A stretch of DNA of 63,148 nucleotides, filler included, from Salisapilia sapeloensis CBS 127946 (GCA_023334545.1; 10 parts of 10 records of this genome joined end to end with filler, not necessarily neighbours in it); one strand, 5' to 3'; counted from the first letter of the whole stretch, positions 21,265 through 32,831 are shown. A program made the numbers and translations. Notes: a model not told the origin generated them from the sequence alone.

Positions 21265-21813
21265 GGAGGTATGTGTTCTTTAGCGTGCAGATACTGTAAT
21301 GCCGGGCGAATCGACCAAATGCCGTTCGGTGGAAGGGCGAGATAGACGCTACTTTTTGATGAATGCTTTTTTGTCTCGCGTTCTCGCTTTTTTGACTCAG
21401 ATACAGCATTTCAGGACGGATATTCACTACACCTTTTTTTTGTATGCTGTATCTAGCCATTTTTTCGAGACGCGACAGCCAGCTGGCAACTCAGAAAAAT
21501 GATGGTCGGACGTACCGACATTCTGCTCTAGATCACCATTAGCTACGTACAATGAAGGAAGCGTGAAATAGATATCGGAAGCAAAGATCATTTCGCAATC
21601 GTATACGCATACGAAGATTAGACGAAGAGAGCATTTGCATGTACATGCCGATGCTTTCGACGCCCTCCAGCACTTCCTAAATATGTTAAAAGATTTGCAC
21701 TTGAAGGTGTGCACGAAGCGTCAGCGAGTGTACCATAAAAGCGTCCACCTTGTCTTTTCCCAATTTTTACAAAGAAAAGAAAAGTTCGCGTATAGCTACA
21801 TGCGTGTTGCCAT

Positions 21814-23340
21814 TTATTCTAGAATGCGAAAGCGGCCGCTGTCCTCCGGGTAACGAATCAACCGTTGCTTCATGGCGTAGTCCGCCACAGCGTCTGCTAC
21901 ACGCGTATCAGTCGTTTCAAGGACCTTGCCGTTCATCCAAGCGTCGCACCCGTCGCCACCTTTCGTGACGAATTGCGTCGTGGCCACCTTGATCACACGT
22001 TCATCCTCCATCTCTTCTCCTGCTTCATCCAGCATTGTAATGACATCATTTTGAAGTGTCACTTGAATGCCGGAAACGTGTGGGTACCCTCCAGACGGAC
22101 GCGGGTAGTGCCTCGCGTGCTGCTTTAACGCTTGCTTCAAGTCCGACACTTTCATCTCTATTAATACACAGCATCGGGGAAACGGCATCTCTTGCTTGAG
22201 CATCGCCAGCGTCAGCTGTGTCTTGGCAGGGTACGTCGAGTCGCCACGAATGAAACCTCCATTAATCACACCAACCTCGGCATGCAGCTCATTCCGCAAT
22301 GCGTCCGCGACAAAGTCTCCTGAATTACAGCTCCCAGTCCTCAAAGCGTTCGTCTTGGTGGACAGTGGCGTCGCCAACGTCGCCACAACTCGTCCATCCT
22401 CTTCACTATTCTCCTCTTTCTCCTTCTTCTCTTGCATTTCCTTGACATACTTCATCAAAACGTCGTACACGTGTGGGTCGGGGGCATATCCCTTGTTTAA
22501 AATCATTTCCCACCCGATACTCGTACTCACTTGTCCATTCTCTTTTTTACAAATGTCCATTTGGATTTTGCCTAACCAAAAGGCGTTCTGCCCACTCTTG
22601 TGGATGAACGTATGGCCCTCGTACAATGTAAAAGGATCATGGTCATGTCCACCGACAATCGCAGAGATGGCACCTCCAGTCGCTCGCGCGAGCTTCTGGT
22701 CCGTGTCGATGCTCAGGTGGGTAATACCGACAATACAGTCGGCTCCTTGCTCCTGCAGCTTGCTAATGGACTCTTTACTGCTCTCAATCGCGTCCTTGAA
22801 GACGATGCTTTCGCCTGGATATGACAATGTCGGCGTCTCCTCTGTACAGACGCCAAAGACTCCGAGTTGGAGCGATCCGACTGGCAGGATGAGACTGTCA
22901 CGTACTTGTGGCAACAGTTCATCCGACTCTGCATCACGGACGTTTCCTCCGAGCCATGTGAATTGCGACGCTGCGACCTGCTTTTCTAAAAGTTCTCTTC
23001 CAAAGTCGCACTCGTGGTTGCCAATGACAACGTAGTCAATCTCGAGAGTGTTTAACAAATCGATCATATGCGAGCCTTGCGTGTATTGACTGAGTTCAGA
23101 GCCAGAGAGAAAGTCTCCGTTGAGCGTGACGATTAGAGTCGCATCGGATGGAACCTTTGCTTTCTCCTGAGCGAGGAGCGTGGCGAACTCTGCGATGCCA
23201 CCTACGCCTTGACTGTCCGGAAAGAGGTCGTAGACGTCGTTGATAGTTAAGATAACGAGTTTGGCCGTGACGTCACCGGACGTAGCTGTGTCCGTGGACT
23301 GATCAGGTGATTGATCAATAGCATCCGCGTTATTTGTCAT
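21814..23340 (-). CDS. 5'-nucleotidase/apyrase family metallophosphoesterase, no signal peptide
   Basis: ILTINDVYD, NGDFLSGS, GNHECDFG, ITHL, GGHDH; C-terminal domain GDFVADA, INGGFIRGD, PFP, PHVSG, KGGDG. Confidence 0.92.
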   Translation of the reverse strand: MTNNADAIDQSPDQSTDTATSGDVTAKLVILTINDVYDLFPDSQGVGGIAEFATLLAQEKAKVPSDATLIVTLNGDFLSGSELSQYTQGSHMIDLLNTLEIDYVVIGNHECDFGRELLEKQVAASQFTWLGGNVRDAESDELLPQVRDSLILPVGSLQLGVFGVCTEETPTLSYPGESIVFKDAIESSKESISKLQEQGADCIVGITHLSIDTDQKLARATGGAISAIVGGHDHDPFTLYEGHTFIHKSGQNAFWLGKIQMDICKKENGQVSTSIGWEMILNKGYAPDPHVYDVLMKYVKEMQEKKEKEENSEEDGRVVATLATPLSTKTNALRTGSCNSGDFVADALRNELHAEVGVINGGFIRGDSTYPAKTQLTLAMLKQEMPFPRCCVLIEMKVSDLKQALKQHARHYPRPSGGYPHVSGIQVTLQNDVITMLDEAGEEMEDERVIKVATTQFVTKGGDGCDAWMNGKVLETTDTRVADAVADYAMKQRLIRYPEDSGRFRILE

Positions 23341-23747
23341 CTTGTAATGAAACTACGTAGTAGGGTGTTAGATAAAATGGACTATAGCAGGTATAAGAAG
23401 AATATAGGAAAAGGGCAGATAAGATTCGAATGCAGTCGACTGAATAGGTCGAATGCACCGCCGAAATGCTCCTTCAGTATCACCGAAAGAAGGTCTTCGA
23501 CCACAGTAAAAGGTCGCGTAAGACATACAATCTCGGGGTATACATGCATGTGAGTATACACAGAGGTAAGTACTTACAAGTGAGAGTTCCGTTCGATACT
23601 ACGTGCACTCGAAGCTTCCAAGCAGATCGAGCTTTGAAAAACTCGATGCTTGTCAAAATCATTTCACCAATCAAAACATCGTATTCTGCAAACATTTAAT
23701 TTATTTCATCACAACTATCCAGTCACAGAAGCCATCGAAGTAATCTT

Positions 23748-24683
23748 TTAGATCTGATTCTCTTTTTCAGCCGAGGCCACGTCGATACGACGCACCTTGT
23801 GACGTTCACTATACCTTTCGTACTCGGCAATCTTATCTTGCAACTGCCGGTTAATACGCTCTTGCTCGTTCTTGGCGTACATGGCGGCACTAAGACGATC
23901 TCTTGTCGTTTCCAAACTCCGCTTGAGCGCGAGGTATTTCTTCTCATTCGACACTTTCTTTCGTCTTTGTACTTGATGCCGCAGTTGCTTGTTTTCTTCT
24001 TCCACTTGCTTCACGTACATATCCGTTTCGCTTGTATCGTTTGAGTGGAAAATCTGAGTTTCCAACTGATCGAATGCAGTCTGTTCCTCCACTTGCTTTT
24101 TCCTGAATGAAGACATGAGAGCGATCTGTGAAGACAAGTGGGAGTCGAAAGAAATCTGAAAGTCGAGATGATCAGAAGACTCTTGATGCAAGGCAATCGA
24201 CTCGACTTTCGAGATTAAGTCTTCCATGACACCTCTAACCTGTGCTTGCTCTGACTGTACATATATACTATCCAAGCGACCACGATTTGCATCTTGGTGT
24301 TCCTTTAAACCTTCCTGTTGTGACGTCTGCTGTGTCGACCGGGGTACAGGCTGTACCATTCCTCCAGGTCGAGGTCGAATTGGGACCAGCTCTTTCTTTC
24401 TTTGGCCCTGACTCATCTGCAGACGTCGGACGCGACTACGCAAGCGTTCATTCTCTTCTGATAGACCCTGCACTTGATGCGTCAGTTCAGTGCGTGACGA
24501 ACGTGTTTGGTGGTCAGACATCTTGACTTTTTGTCGTTTGGATGGGACAAATGAAACACCATTGTGACCAGGAAGCTTATTACATTCCACATTGGAAGAA
24601 GGGTGGAGTGGCGAGGTCTTTCGCCGCCGCTTATATCCATCAACGCGAACCATATTGATAGCCTTATTCGGCGGGTTTTTCAA
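23748..24683 (-). CDS. Hypothetical coiled-coil protein
   Basis: 311-aa ORF with basic KRRRK and two Q/E/K/R-rich heptad-like segments. Confidence 0.7.
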   Translation of the reverse strand: MKNPPNKAINMVRVDGYKRRRKTSPLHPSSNVECNKLPGHNGVSFVPSKRQKVKMSDHQTRSSRTELTHQVQGLSEENERLRSRVRRLQMSQGQRKKELVPIRPRPGGMVQPVPRSTQQTSQQEGLKEHQDANRGRLDSIYVQSEQAQVRGVMEDLISKVESIALHQESSDHLDFQISFDSHLSSQIALMSSFRKKQVEEQTAFDQLETQIFHSNDTSETDMYVKQVEEENKQLRHQVQRRKKVSNEKKYLALKRSLETTRDRLSAAMYAKNEQERINRQLQDKIAEYERYSERHKVRRIDVASAEKENQI

Positions 24684-24860
24684 ATTCGTTGCAAGACATT
24701 GTGTTCACTACAATATGATTGGTACAAATATAATATTGAACGCTCTGATTTGCTGTTAATTTACTTCATCGTCTCATATGAATACACTTAATTTAACAGT
24801 CATGTCGTATGTGAAGAGGTCGTCTCAAAAAGTGACTTCAACCACAAAAGTGCGAGGAGC

Positions 24861-27800
24861 ATGACCGAGCTTTTCGATGCGGCTGCCGCCGGCGCCTTGA
24901 ACGACCTCCTGGACTTCTCAACGATCCAACAAGATGTTGATATGGAAGGCAGCAACGGAGAAAACTCAAAAACGTCATTTTCGGCGTTTTTACCCATGCT
25001 CTCACGCCTCCATGAGCAATCTAACACGACGTCTCCTAGTCCCCACTCTTCATTAGCTCAATTTTCTAAATTGTCGGCTGCTTTACTCCCGCACAAGAGC
25101 TCCAACAGCTACAGAAGCTATGCTAGACTGATTAAGTCTCTTGAACCTACTTCGATCTATCAGTATTTGGAAGAGTATCGGTATAAACTATCTTCGGATG
25201 CCGATACAATGGCGCATCTAGCTCATTTCCGTACATTTGAAAACGGCGACAGCTCCAAACAAGTTTATACGATCCTTGAAGCGCTATATGCTTTCCAATT
25301 CACTGAATTACGAAGTGAAGTGACGACGAAAGAGCTATTCAACAATCCGATTTACAGTGACAGCATCGGTGCGATCCTAGTGAACCTCTTAGGGCACTTG
25401 GATCACCACAAAGCTTCTTTGGATGGGCTAGAATGCCTCAGCATAGAACACATTCTCGACTTTTGTTTCTACGTCCCACAAGGCGCATCCTACTGCCACA
25501 TGCTCATAACAAGCGACCCGTCTCTCCAGGGCAAGATACTGGACCAGCTCCTTCGCCACTTGGACCAGCCGTTGGGAACTCACGACCCGTCTGGTGTATG
25601 GCTGAAGAAGGCATATCTGAACGCACTCCTGTTTTTGCTACATAGCAGTGCCTTGTCCGCTTTCACAGCCATGCAGAACCAAAGGAGACTACTTGAGCGT
25701 CTGGAGACGCAGCCAGAAGTCGTTAAAGCCAACAGCATTACATCTGGTGGATTGATCGTGAGCTTATTGTTGTCAATGTCGTTGGAAACATCTAGTCTCC
25801 AAACGTCTCTACCGACTTGTATCTGCCGACTACTCAAGCATGAGAGCTGTGTGTCTGCTTTGCAAAACTTTTTACAGCTCTCTACTTCGTACGAGTCTCT
25901 ATCTCCATTCATGAGTAAAGTGGAGAATCAGATACGTCAAGAGCGGCTACAGACCGTACTGTCATCGATCAGTAGTCACGTCCGAGTGCAAATTGAGGCG
26001 CAGTTAATCTCTCAGCTACACACGTCTTCATCCAACGTCACCATCACTCGAACTCTCCAGTCGCTTCTTGCTTTCAATTTACTTCATGACCCCCAAGTCG
26101 ATTCCATCGCATCGTCCTCCTTGTCCCTACTCCAGGCTCTCGATACGCTTTCCAAACGCTCTTTAGACCGTTGCACTCCCCTCGCCTTCCTCCTGCTCTT
26201 ACTCACGTGCAGCCAGTATGCGCCTGTGCTGTCTCAAAGCAACGTCCAAGACGCCAATCGGTCTTCTTTCGTTCAAAGCGCACAGACTTGCCTGCAATCC
26301 ATGACATCTCACTCGAGCCACACTTTCGGTGCGCTTATCGTTGGCGCCGTATGGCTATACACCAAGTCTCGTCGCTTACCAGAGTGGATCACGCAGCTAC
26401 TCGACGCTCCCGGCATCTCCATCTCTAAGTGTGCTAGTCTCAAAGCTGACTATTGCTACTACATTGCCGATGTGCTCTTTAAACCAGTGTTTACAGAAGC
26501 ATTTATGGCCGAGAAACTCGTGTCGTCAAGTTTTATGCATATCGAGTGGCGAGATCATGCGTTACTAGAGCTGTTACGGCAGCACTCGTTCGTGCGACAT
26601 CCACACTTGTCCCATCCACTGGAAGCGTTGATAAGTAAAGACGTGTTGGGACGAAAGGAAGTGTCGACGTCGTCCGTGGCTGTCGTGAATGAGTTTATTG
26701 AGAATTACATCATTTCGTTTGAGTATGTGGCTCAGGAGACTGGGCTTGCCATTATACCTGTAGCTTCCCATACTGTCCGTAGGTTGCTCCGGTCAAAGGA
26801 GCTGACTTGTGCCGCCTTGACGCTTCTCTACGCGATGAAGCTAAACGCTAGAGTCAAGGCTGTCGCCATGCACCAGCCGTCCTCCAAGCTAGCAACATTC
26901 TTAAAGCACCGACAGGACGTTCCGAAGCATGTGGACAACGTCATGGTGCGTGCATACGACTTGGATGAGACACAAGTCGCAAGTCTCTTGACTACTATTC
27001 ATCAAGACACTTCTCTACAGGAGATATCGAGTACGTTACAAGACTTGTCGAAGCAGCTCTTCCCATCCGTACAGGTCGACACAACGTCTTTTACCGCTCA
27101 AGGTTTAAACCTACGTCGGCAGGAACTCTTCCACTCCCGAGATGTCGTCCGAGCTTTAGACGAAAGTAGATTCATGACACGTACGGACGCTGTAGCAGTC
27201 TTTATATCAAGTCTACGTCAAACACTTGGGTCCTGTCTATCCTCTGATGCATATGCCACATCAGTACAAGTGTCCATTCGCAACAAGTACTTTGGAGAGG
27301 CAGTGAAGTCGTCTCCAAAGCTTCGTTCGATCCAACATACGCTCGTCTATATCTTCACCCAGTCTCCTCGACGTCTTGACATGAAAAAAGCCAAGCGTCA
27401 GTATCTGTCGTACACGACCGAGCCCTTTGCATTCGTACAAGACGTACAGGAGTGTGTATGGCACTCGAGTCTAGTAGATATTGTCATGGATCTATGTCAT
27501 CTCTTTGTGCAAGAGTTCCGAGAGAAATTGCAGGTACAGGAAGCTAGAGCTCGAGACGCATCGAGTGAACAGACGCAGCAATTGGAGCAGTTGTACATTG
27601 TTCAGACGTGTCTGATCTTACATGGACTCTTCGAACGTATGTCTACCCTTTTGTCCTCCAGCCTACGGCAGCAAGCTCAGGACGAACGTGTCATGTCCAT
27701 TTGCAATGGACTGAACAAGATCCTTTTGGCAGATGAGAAAGTCGAGACGCAAGTACTAAGTCTACTTCACACGCAGACGTACGATAGACCGCTCGTACCT

Positions 27801-28307
27801 ATCCTATCTGCCTACGTTCCTCAGATGCGAGAGCTCTTGACGCATTGGGCGACACCGGAGAAGAACCCGAGGCTGTTGACACTCTTACCCCCCGCTGGCA
27901 AACCATCCACTAGTGTTAGCGTCAAGTGGAGATTCCAACTGCATGCCTTCATCCACTTGCTGACGACGTACCCAGACGATGTCCATACGAACGGGTCTCT
28001 AGCAGCATTGATGGGCGGCCTCCAGCAGGTCAAGGCCGACTGCCAGAACTCATTACTGAGCTCGAGTGTCCACGCGCAGGATCGAATGGCGTTTTGTGAC
28101 TTTTTCGAAGAACTAGTGTCTGTATTGGCGGAACTAGGCAAAGTATGTGATTCGGAAATGCGAGCGGAAGTGGTAACTTGGCTGGGCAAGATGAAACGGG
28201 TGCTGAACAACAGTAGTGACACGCGGAAGAAAGGAAGAGAGGAAAAGTGGGAGCGAGTGGGACAGATTGAATCTCTCGTGGCAACTGCCGTGGAAGCGAT
28301 GACGTAA
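24861..28307 (+). CDS. INTS2: Large helical protein, Integrator complex subunit 2-like
   Basis: 1148-aa intronless ORF. LFNNPIYSDSIGAIL and LLHTQTYDRPLVPILSAYVPQM resemble, from memory, INTS2 LF.S.VYL.EV..VL and LVHFQGYP.ELLP.TV..IPSM. Identity is by recall only. Confidence 0.55.
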   Translation: MTELFDAAAAGALNDLLDFSTIQQDVDMEGSNGENSKTSFSAFLPMLSRLHEQSNTTSPSPHSSLAQFSKLSAALLPHKSSNSYRSYARLIKSLEPTSIYQYLEEYRYKLSSDADTMAHLAHFRTFENGDSSKQVYTILEALYAFQFTELRSEVTTKELFNNPIYSDSIGAILVNLLGHLDHHKASLDGLECLSIEHILDFCFYVPQGASYCHMLITSDPSLQGKILDQLLRHLDQPLGTHDPSGVWLKKAYLNALLFLLHSSALSAFTAMQNQRRLLERLETQPEVVKANSITSGGLIVSLLLSMSLETSSLQTSLPTCICRLLKHESCVSALQNFLQLSTSYESLSPFMSKVENQIRQERLQTVLSSISSHVRVQIEAQLISQLHTSSSNVTITRTLQSLLAFNLLHDPQVDSIASSSLSLLQALDTLSKRSLDRCTPLAFLLLLLTCSQYAPVLSQSNVQDANRSSFVQSAQTCLQSMTSHSSHTFGALIVGAVWLYTKSRRLPEWITQLLDAPGISISKCASLKADYCYYIADVLFKPVFTEAFMAEKLVSSSFMHIEWRDHALLELLRQHSFVRHPHLSHPLEALISKDVLGRKEVSTSSVAVVNEFIENYIISFEYVAQETGLAIIPVASHTVRRLLRSKELTCAALTLLYAMKLNARVKAVAMHQPSSKLATFLKHRQDVPKHVDNVMVRAYDLDETQVASLLTTIHQDTSLQEISSTLQDLSKQLFPSVQVDTTSFTAQGLNLRRQELFHSRDVVRALDESRFMTRTDAVAVFISSLRQTLGSCLSSDAYATSVQVSIRNKYFGEAVKSSPKLRSIQHTLVYIFTQSPRRLDMKKAKRQYLSYTTEPFAFVQDVQECVWHSSLVDIVMDLCHLFVQEFREKLQVQEARARDASSEQTQQLEQLYIVQTCLILHGLFERMSTLLSSSLRQQAQDERVMSICNGLNKILLADEKVETQVLSLLHTQTYDRPLVPILSAYVPQMRELLTHWATPEKNPRLLTLLPPAGKPSTSVSVKWRFQLHAFIHLLTTYPDDVHTNGSLAALMGGLQQVKADCQNSLLSSSVHAQDRMAFCDFFEELVSVLAELGKVCDSEMRAEVVTWLGKMKRVLNNSSDTRKKGREEKWERVGQIESLVATAVEAMT

Positions 28308-28611
28308 ATAAAAGTTGACTTTTGTATAACTGCATTCGGTTTCTCCTAGAAGCGAGAAGCTTAGAGAGCACGAAAGTGTACCTTGGCGAAAATGGAATAT
28401 ATGAGCAGGTACAAAATTTAATCCCACAAGTGTATCCAAATCAAGAGTTATTAAACAAAGAAGACAGACGTCGGACTGCCAGTGATACATATCGGATGGT
28501 GGAACTGTATCAGTCCAGAGAGGTGGCGGAGATCTCCCAAATCCATTTGTGCACCCATGTCACCATGAAATGGATATCGAAAGGGTTGTCTGCAAGATGC
28601 GCTTCGTGATA

Positions 28612-28629
28612 GCTCATTCTCCCTTTTGC
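28612..28629 (+). promoter_or_regulatory. Oomycete INR+FPR core promoter of the tyrosinase
   Basis: GCTCATTCTCCCTTTTGC about 44 nt upstream of ATG 28673. Confidence 0.6.
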
Positions 28630-28672
28630 CGTCGAGCGCCTTAGACCGAGACCTCCTACTTCGCCCATCGCC

Positions 28673-30724
28673 ATGGCACGCCTCGGTTTTATCACCGCTT
28701 TGGCTGCAACCGCCACCGCAGTCGTCTATGCTGATTGCGACTGTGACATCGATGACTCGCCTAACTTTTCATCATGGACTCCTGATTCGGATGACTCGTG
28801 GGATTCGATGGAAGACTCCTGGATACCCTACGAATCAGCGGCGTCGTTTGGTCCCACTGATGGCAAGCATTCGAACAATGACCTACTGTCTAAATCTTTC
28901 CAAGATATGGAAACCTCGGATCATGATGGCGGTGAATGGGAACAAATGATTCCAGAGTCAAGTAGGGACAAGGACACTTCTCCAAAGATCGACTCTGATG
29001 CTCCACCCAGCTCCATGCGAGTGCGCAAGTCGTGGTACAAGATGACCGAGGAAGAGCAAAACCTCTACCTTGGCGCGGTCCAGAAAGCGATGGAGGCTGG
29101 GTTACACTTCCGATTCACCAAGATACACAGCGAAAAACCGACATTCGATCACGCTCACAATAACTGTGGCTTCCTCCTGTGGCACCGCCGGTTCCTACTC
29201 GGATACGAGAACATGCTTCGTGACCAAGGACCAGAGTACGCAGACGTGACGATTCCGTATTGGAACTACTTTGAAGACAGCGACAAGCAATTGAGTCCCG
29301 GAGAGACGTGCAACAGCCTTCTCACTTGCTCTCGTTTCCTTCAAGACTTTGGTGGTAGTGGGAACCCAGGCGACGAATGGAACACGAGACAAACAGTAGC
29401 TAATCGGGATGTCGAAGGGATTTGTGTCTCTAGCGGTGTAGCCGGATACGCTTGTAACGATCCCGATGGCGAGAATTGTGACCAAAGGTGCATCATTCGA
29501 GGTGACTGGGATTTTAATGGCAACTTTATCAGAATTTCTCGGTCGAGTATCACGGGCATGGTTCGAGAGGTCTTTCACGAGTCCACAACAAGTGAGCGTG
29601 ACGCCCACGAGATTCTAAGTGACAAGTTGGAGGGTAACTTCCATTTGGAAGTGCACCTGGCATTGGGTGGAATCATGATGACGGCGGCTAGTCCGTACGA
29701 TCCTGTCTTCTACAGCCACCACGCCGTCGTGGATGCTATTGACTATCTCCACAACCGTTGCTCGTACGACTTCTCCGAAGTCTTCATGGACGATACAACC
29801 ATGAGCGAGTTCAAAATGTTTTCCCAATGCCAGATCGAGACGGATGATGGTATGGTTACCATCACACCGGACTCAGACATTGTGATGATGTACGAAGACC
29901 ATGCCGTCGACGACGATCCGGTGCTGGGCAAGTACTTCCAGTCGCTCGGAACCAAGTACAATGACTTTGGAGATGCGCACGGAATCGTTGATCAGTCCGG
30001 TTCCGTCAGTGACGACATGAGCTTCCGGTACGAGATGGACGACTACTTTGAATCGCTCTTGACGCAAAAGGGTGTGACGTGTCCAACCTGGTTGTTCTCC
30101 AGTGGTGGCACCATGGCCCACAAGATGCGACAGAAGAAGCACAAGATGGCACGCAAGATGCACAAGAAGTTTGCCCCGACAAAGGAAGAAGAGGAGTGTC
30201 CATGCAAGAAGAAGGAGAGGGACTGTTCCGAGATGTATGCCAAGGCCAAAGACGACGCGAACCCTCAGTCGGTCGAGTCGATGGTCGCGACCTTAACAGC
30301 ATGTGGACAGGAGCTGACACAGTCCAGTTCTAAGCATGTGACGGCCGTAGACATTGACTTTCAAGAATCTCTTCTCGAGTGCGAGACGATTCGACAGAAG
30401 GCAGGTGTCGAGTTCGAAGACTACAGTCAGTACTTCCGAGAGCAATTCAAGATCGCTGAGCACAAGAAACCCTATTGCTACGAAGCTCTGCGAGCGGTAG
30501 GAAAGGGCGAGGTCCAGATAGAGTTCAGTGAGCAGTGCTGTGCCGCCTATTCGAATGTGACCGACACGCACTTGGATCATGAGAGCTTTGGCAAGGACTT
30601 GGCGCAGCTGCCATTACCGCCGTATAGACAGAGCACGACCAATGATGTCGACTGTGATATGCCCAAGACAAGTCACAAGCTACGTATCTCGGTCCACCAC
30701 GTCTCCAAGGATGAAGAGCACTAG
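28673..30724 (+). CDS. Secreted tyrosinase (type-3 copper protein)
   Basis: Signal peptide. CuA IHS...AHNNCGFLLWHRRFLLGYENML; CuB FHLEVH..LGG.M...ASPYDPVFYSHHAVVD; DVTIPYWNY. Confidence 0.92.
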   Translation: MARLGFITALAATATAVVYADCDCDIDDSPNFSSWTPDSDDSWDSMEDSWIPYESAASFGPTDGKHSNNDLLSKSFQDMETSDHDGGEWEQMIPESSRDKDTSPKIDSDAPPSSMRVRKSWYKMTEEEQNLYLGAVQKAMEAGLHFRFTKIHSEKPTFDHAHNNCGFLLWHRRFLLGYENMLRDQGPEYADVTIPYWNYFEDSDKQLSPGETCNSLLTCSRFLQDFGGSGNPGDEWNTRQTVANRDVEGICVSSGVAGYACNDPDGENCDQRCIIRGDWDFNGNFIRISRSSITGMVREVFHESTTSERDAHEILSDKLEGNFHLEVHLALGGIMMTAASPYDPVFYSHHAVVDAIDYLHNRCSYDFSEVFMDDTTMSEFKMFSQCQIETDDGMVTITPDSDIVMMYEDHAVDDDPVLGKYFQSLGTKYNDFGDAHGIVDQSGSVSDDMSFRYEMDDYFESLLTQKGVTCPTWLFSSGGTMAHKMRQKKHKMARKMHKKFAPTKEEEECPCKKKERDCSEMYAKAKDDANPQSVESMVATLTACGQELTQSSSKHVTAVDIDFQESLLECETIRQKAGVEFEDYSQYFREQFKIAEHKKPYCYEALRAVGKGEVQIEFSEQCCAAYSNVTDTHLDHESFGKDLAQLPLPPYRQSTTNDVDCDMPKTSHKLRISVHHVSKDEEH

Positions 30725-30801
30725 TTTCTTTTCCATTTGCATTGCGTGACGAGAAAATATGAATGAATTGAAGAACTAGAGTATGTATACTAGACGCCAG
30801 C

Positions 30802-31964
30802 TTAGCCACGATGGCCGACAAGAGGTTCACGTTCGCCTTGGAGCATGGCCAGTTGCTCCCACTGCTCCGGCGTGATGCTCACGATGCTTTGGGTCGATGC
30901 TGGCCAGTTCTCTTCCTTTCGCCCTTCGTGGTTTTCTATCGTTGCTATTTAATTCAAATTCCACGATTTATCGCTTGTTCTTTCCTACCAATATAAGGAA
31001 TGCCCGTGTCATTGTCTACGCCAATTTCCACTGCGCCATTTCGGACGAGGAAACTGACGTCAAACATGTTCTCGACCGTCTATTGTATCCTTAGTACAGA
31101 AGAGAGTTGGAATAAAGGTATAAAAGGTTTTACCTGTGTGAAACTATCAGGGTCAATGACCACGTCAAAGAGATCACTCCGACGCTTTTTCTCCATGACA
31201 TTCTGCAGCACCTCCAGTCTTCTCGCCTGCGCATCCTTCCGATCGCTCTAAAGTAGGTTATTAGTACAAATGCTATTGCAATGAATATGGAGGAGGGGAT
31301 ACCTTGGCGCTATATTGAGACGGTTGAGACAATTTGCTTGTTTCCTCCTTGCTCACACGCTGGCGTCTCGGCTTCTTTTTCTCCTTTTCGACCACTTCCA
31401 TCTCCATAAGGCCGAATCTATTGTCGATTTAAGTACTTTTAAAACAGCTTATGAAGAGAAAGACGAACAGGAAATTGGTTTCTGGAACTGATCGAAAGCA
31501 AGCGCCGGCAGCTTCACCAATGATACCCCAGTCAAAGACACCGCCTTGGCTTTCGGACACACAAGTTTCTCGGCTGGCTCGAATTAAATCGGCGGCGTCG
31601 TACTTGGTCATATCGGACGAACCGAGGACTTGAGACTGCTTGACGACAGCGGCGTTGAGTTCATCTAAGTTGGTAGCATCCAAGTTGGCTTCTCGTGGGT
31701 AGCACACACGCTTGTAGATATCCTGTTATGCGGAATCAGTCTCACGTAGCGTCATACTGATATAAATGCACGTACATCAAGCTTGGACGTCGTCCGATGA
31801 AAACGGTCGGACGAGAGTTTCGCCAAGTCCGCAGCATGCTCTTTCATGCTCACATGGAGCGCACGCTCATCGCTCCGTATCCTACGACGGTCCTCGATGG
31901 ATTGTCCCGAGTGCGCCAGATACGCTCGGCGCTTCTTGCGCGGTCGCTCCGATTGTGACGCCAT
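30802..31964 (-). CDS. NSE4: SMC5/6 complex kleisin Nse4 (multi-exon)
   Basis: Spliced pieces read REANLDA...FDW..IG....F..VP..NFL, GLMEMEVVEKEKKKPRRQR, VIDPDSFTQ|TVENMFDVSFLVRNG (Nse4_C signature) and SIVSITPEQWEQL, joined by short GT-AG introns. Confidence 0.88.
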
Positions 31965-32358
31965 CTCTTCAGCTCTTGTCTTCCTACTTGGTCATCTCAC
32001 ACAACCTATGCTTTGCCAATTCGTTTCAATTTTAAAACGTATCTTATACCAGTCTTTAATTGGATACACAATGTGCAACTTTTTATCCACTTCAGTGTTT
32101 CTGCATTATTTTTCCCGCCATAAAACACCCAAACAGATCGAAAAGGGAGGGAAAGGATGGTAGCTCAGATACTTTTGAAAGTGGTCGAGTCGAGGTCTTG
32201 ATAGATCTCCTCCCGCATGAAACACACGAACAGCACTGATCCCTCGTACATCCACAAGAACGAAAGAAAGCTCTAATTTTTTTCGTATGAATTTTCCTCT
32301 TGAATTCAAACTACAAAATTCCTAAAAGAAATATATCCAAAACAAAAGAGAACAATAG

Positions 32359-32802
32359 CTACAGATCCACGGACAGTCGATGATCCCGACCGTAGCTCCC
32401 ACTATGCTGCTGCATATACGTCGGTGACTCGCGCTTCGGAACTGCAGCCGCGGGGGCTGTCATGAACGGAGGATTATTAATCGGTGGCTCTTGCTTCAAC
32501 CCGCCACTGCCGTTCCAACCGTTGTAGTTGGGCGCACTACTAGGATGTCCTTCCATAATACGGCCACTCTGCATTCTGACTGAACCGTTCGACGGTGGAC
32601 CGTACCCGCCGCTCTGAGCGCGATTCGCACGGACCATGTGATCTGCATACGTCTGCTGGTAGTACGCATTGTCGTCCTCGGCGTTCTCTTCTTCATTGAG
32701 TCGCCTCCGAGCTTTGCAGTAGCAACTCAGCAACGCAATAATCGCGACACTAAAGACAACCACCGCAGAGCAAATGATCAATATAATCTGCCACGTCGCC
32801 AT
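32359..32802 (-). CDS. Single-pass membrane hypothetical protein
   Basis: N-terminal TM (WQIILIICSAVVVFSVAIIALLSCYC), basic stop-transfer KARRR, and a P/G/S-rich tail. Confidence 0.75.
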   Translation of the reverse strand: MATWQIILIICSAVVVFSVAIIALLSCYCKARRRLNEEENAEDDNAYYQQTYADHMVRANRAQSGGYGPPSNGSVRMQSGRIMEGHPSSAPNYNGWNGSGGLKQEPPINNPPFMTAPAAAVPKRESPTYMQQHSGSYGRDHRLSVDL

Positions 32803-32831
32803 GCCGTCCGATACAGCACTTGTATTCGCAT

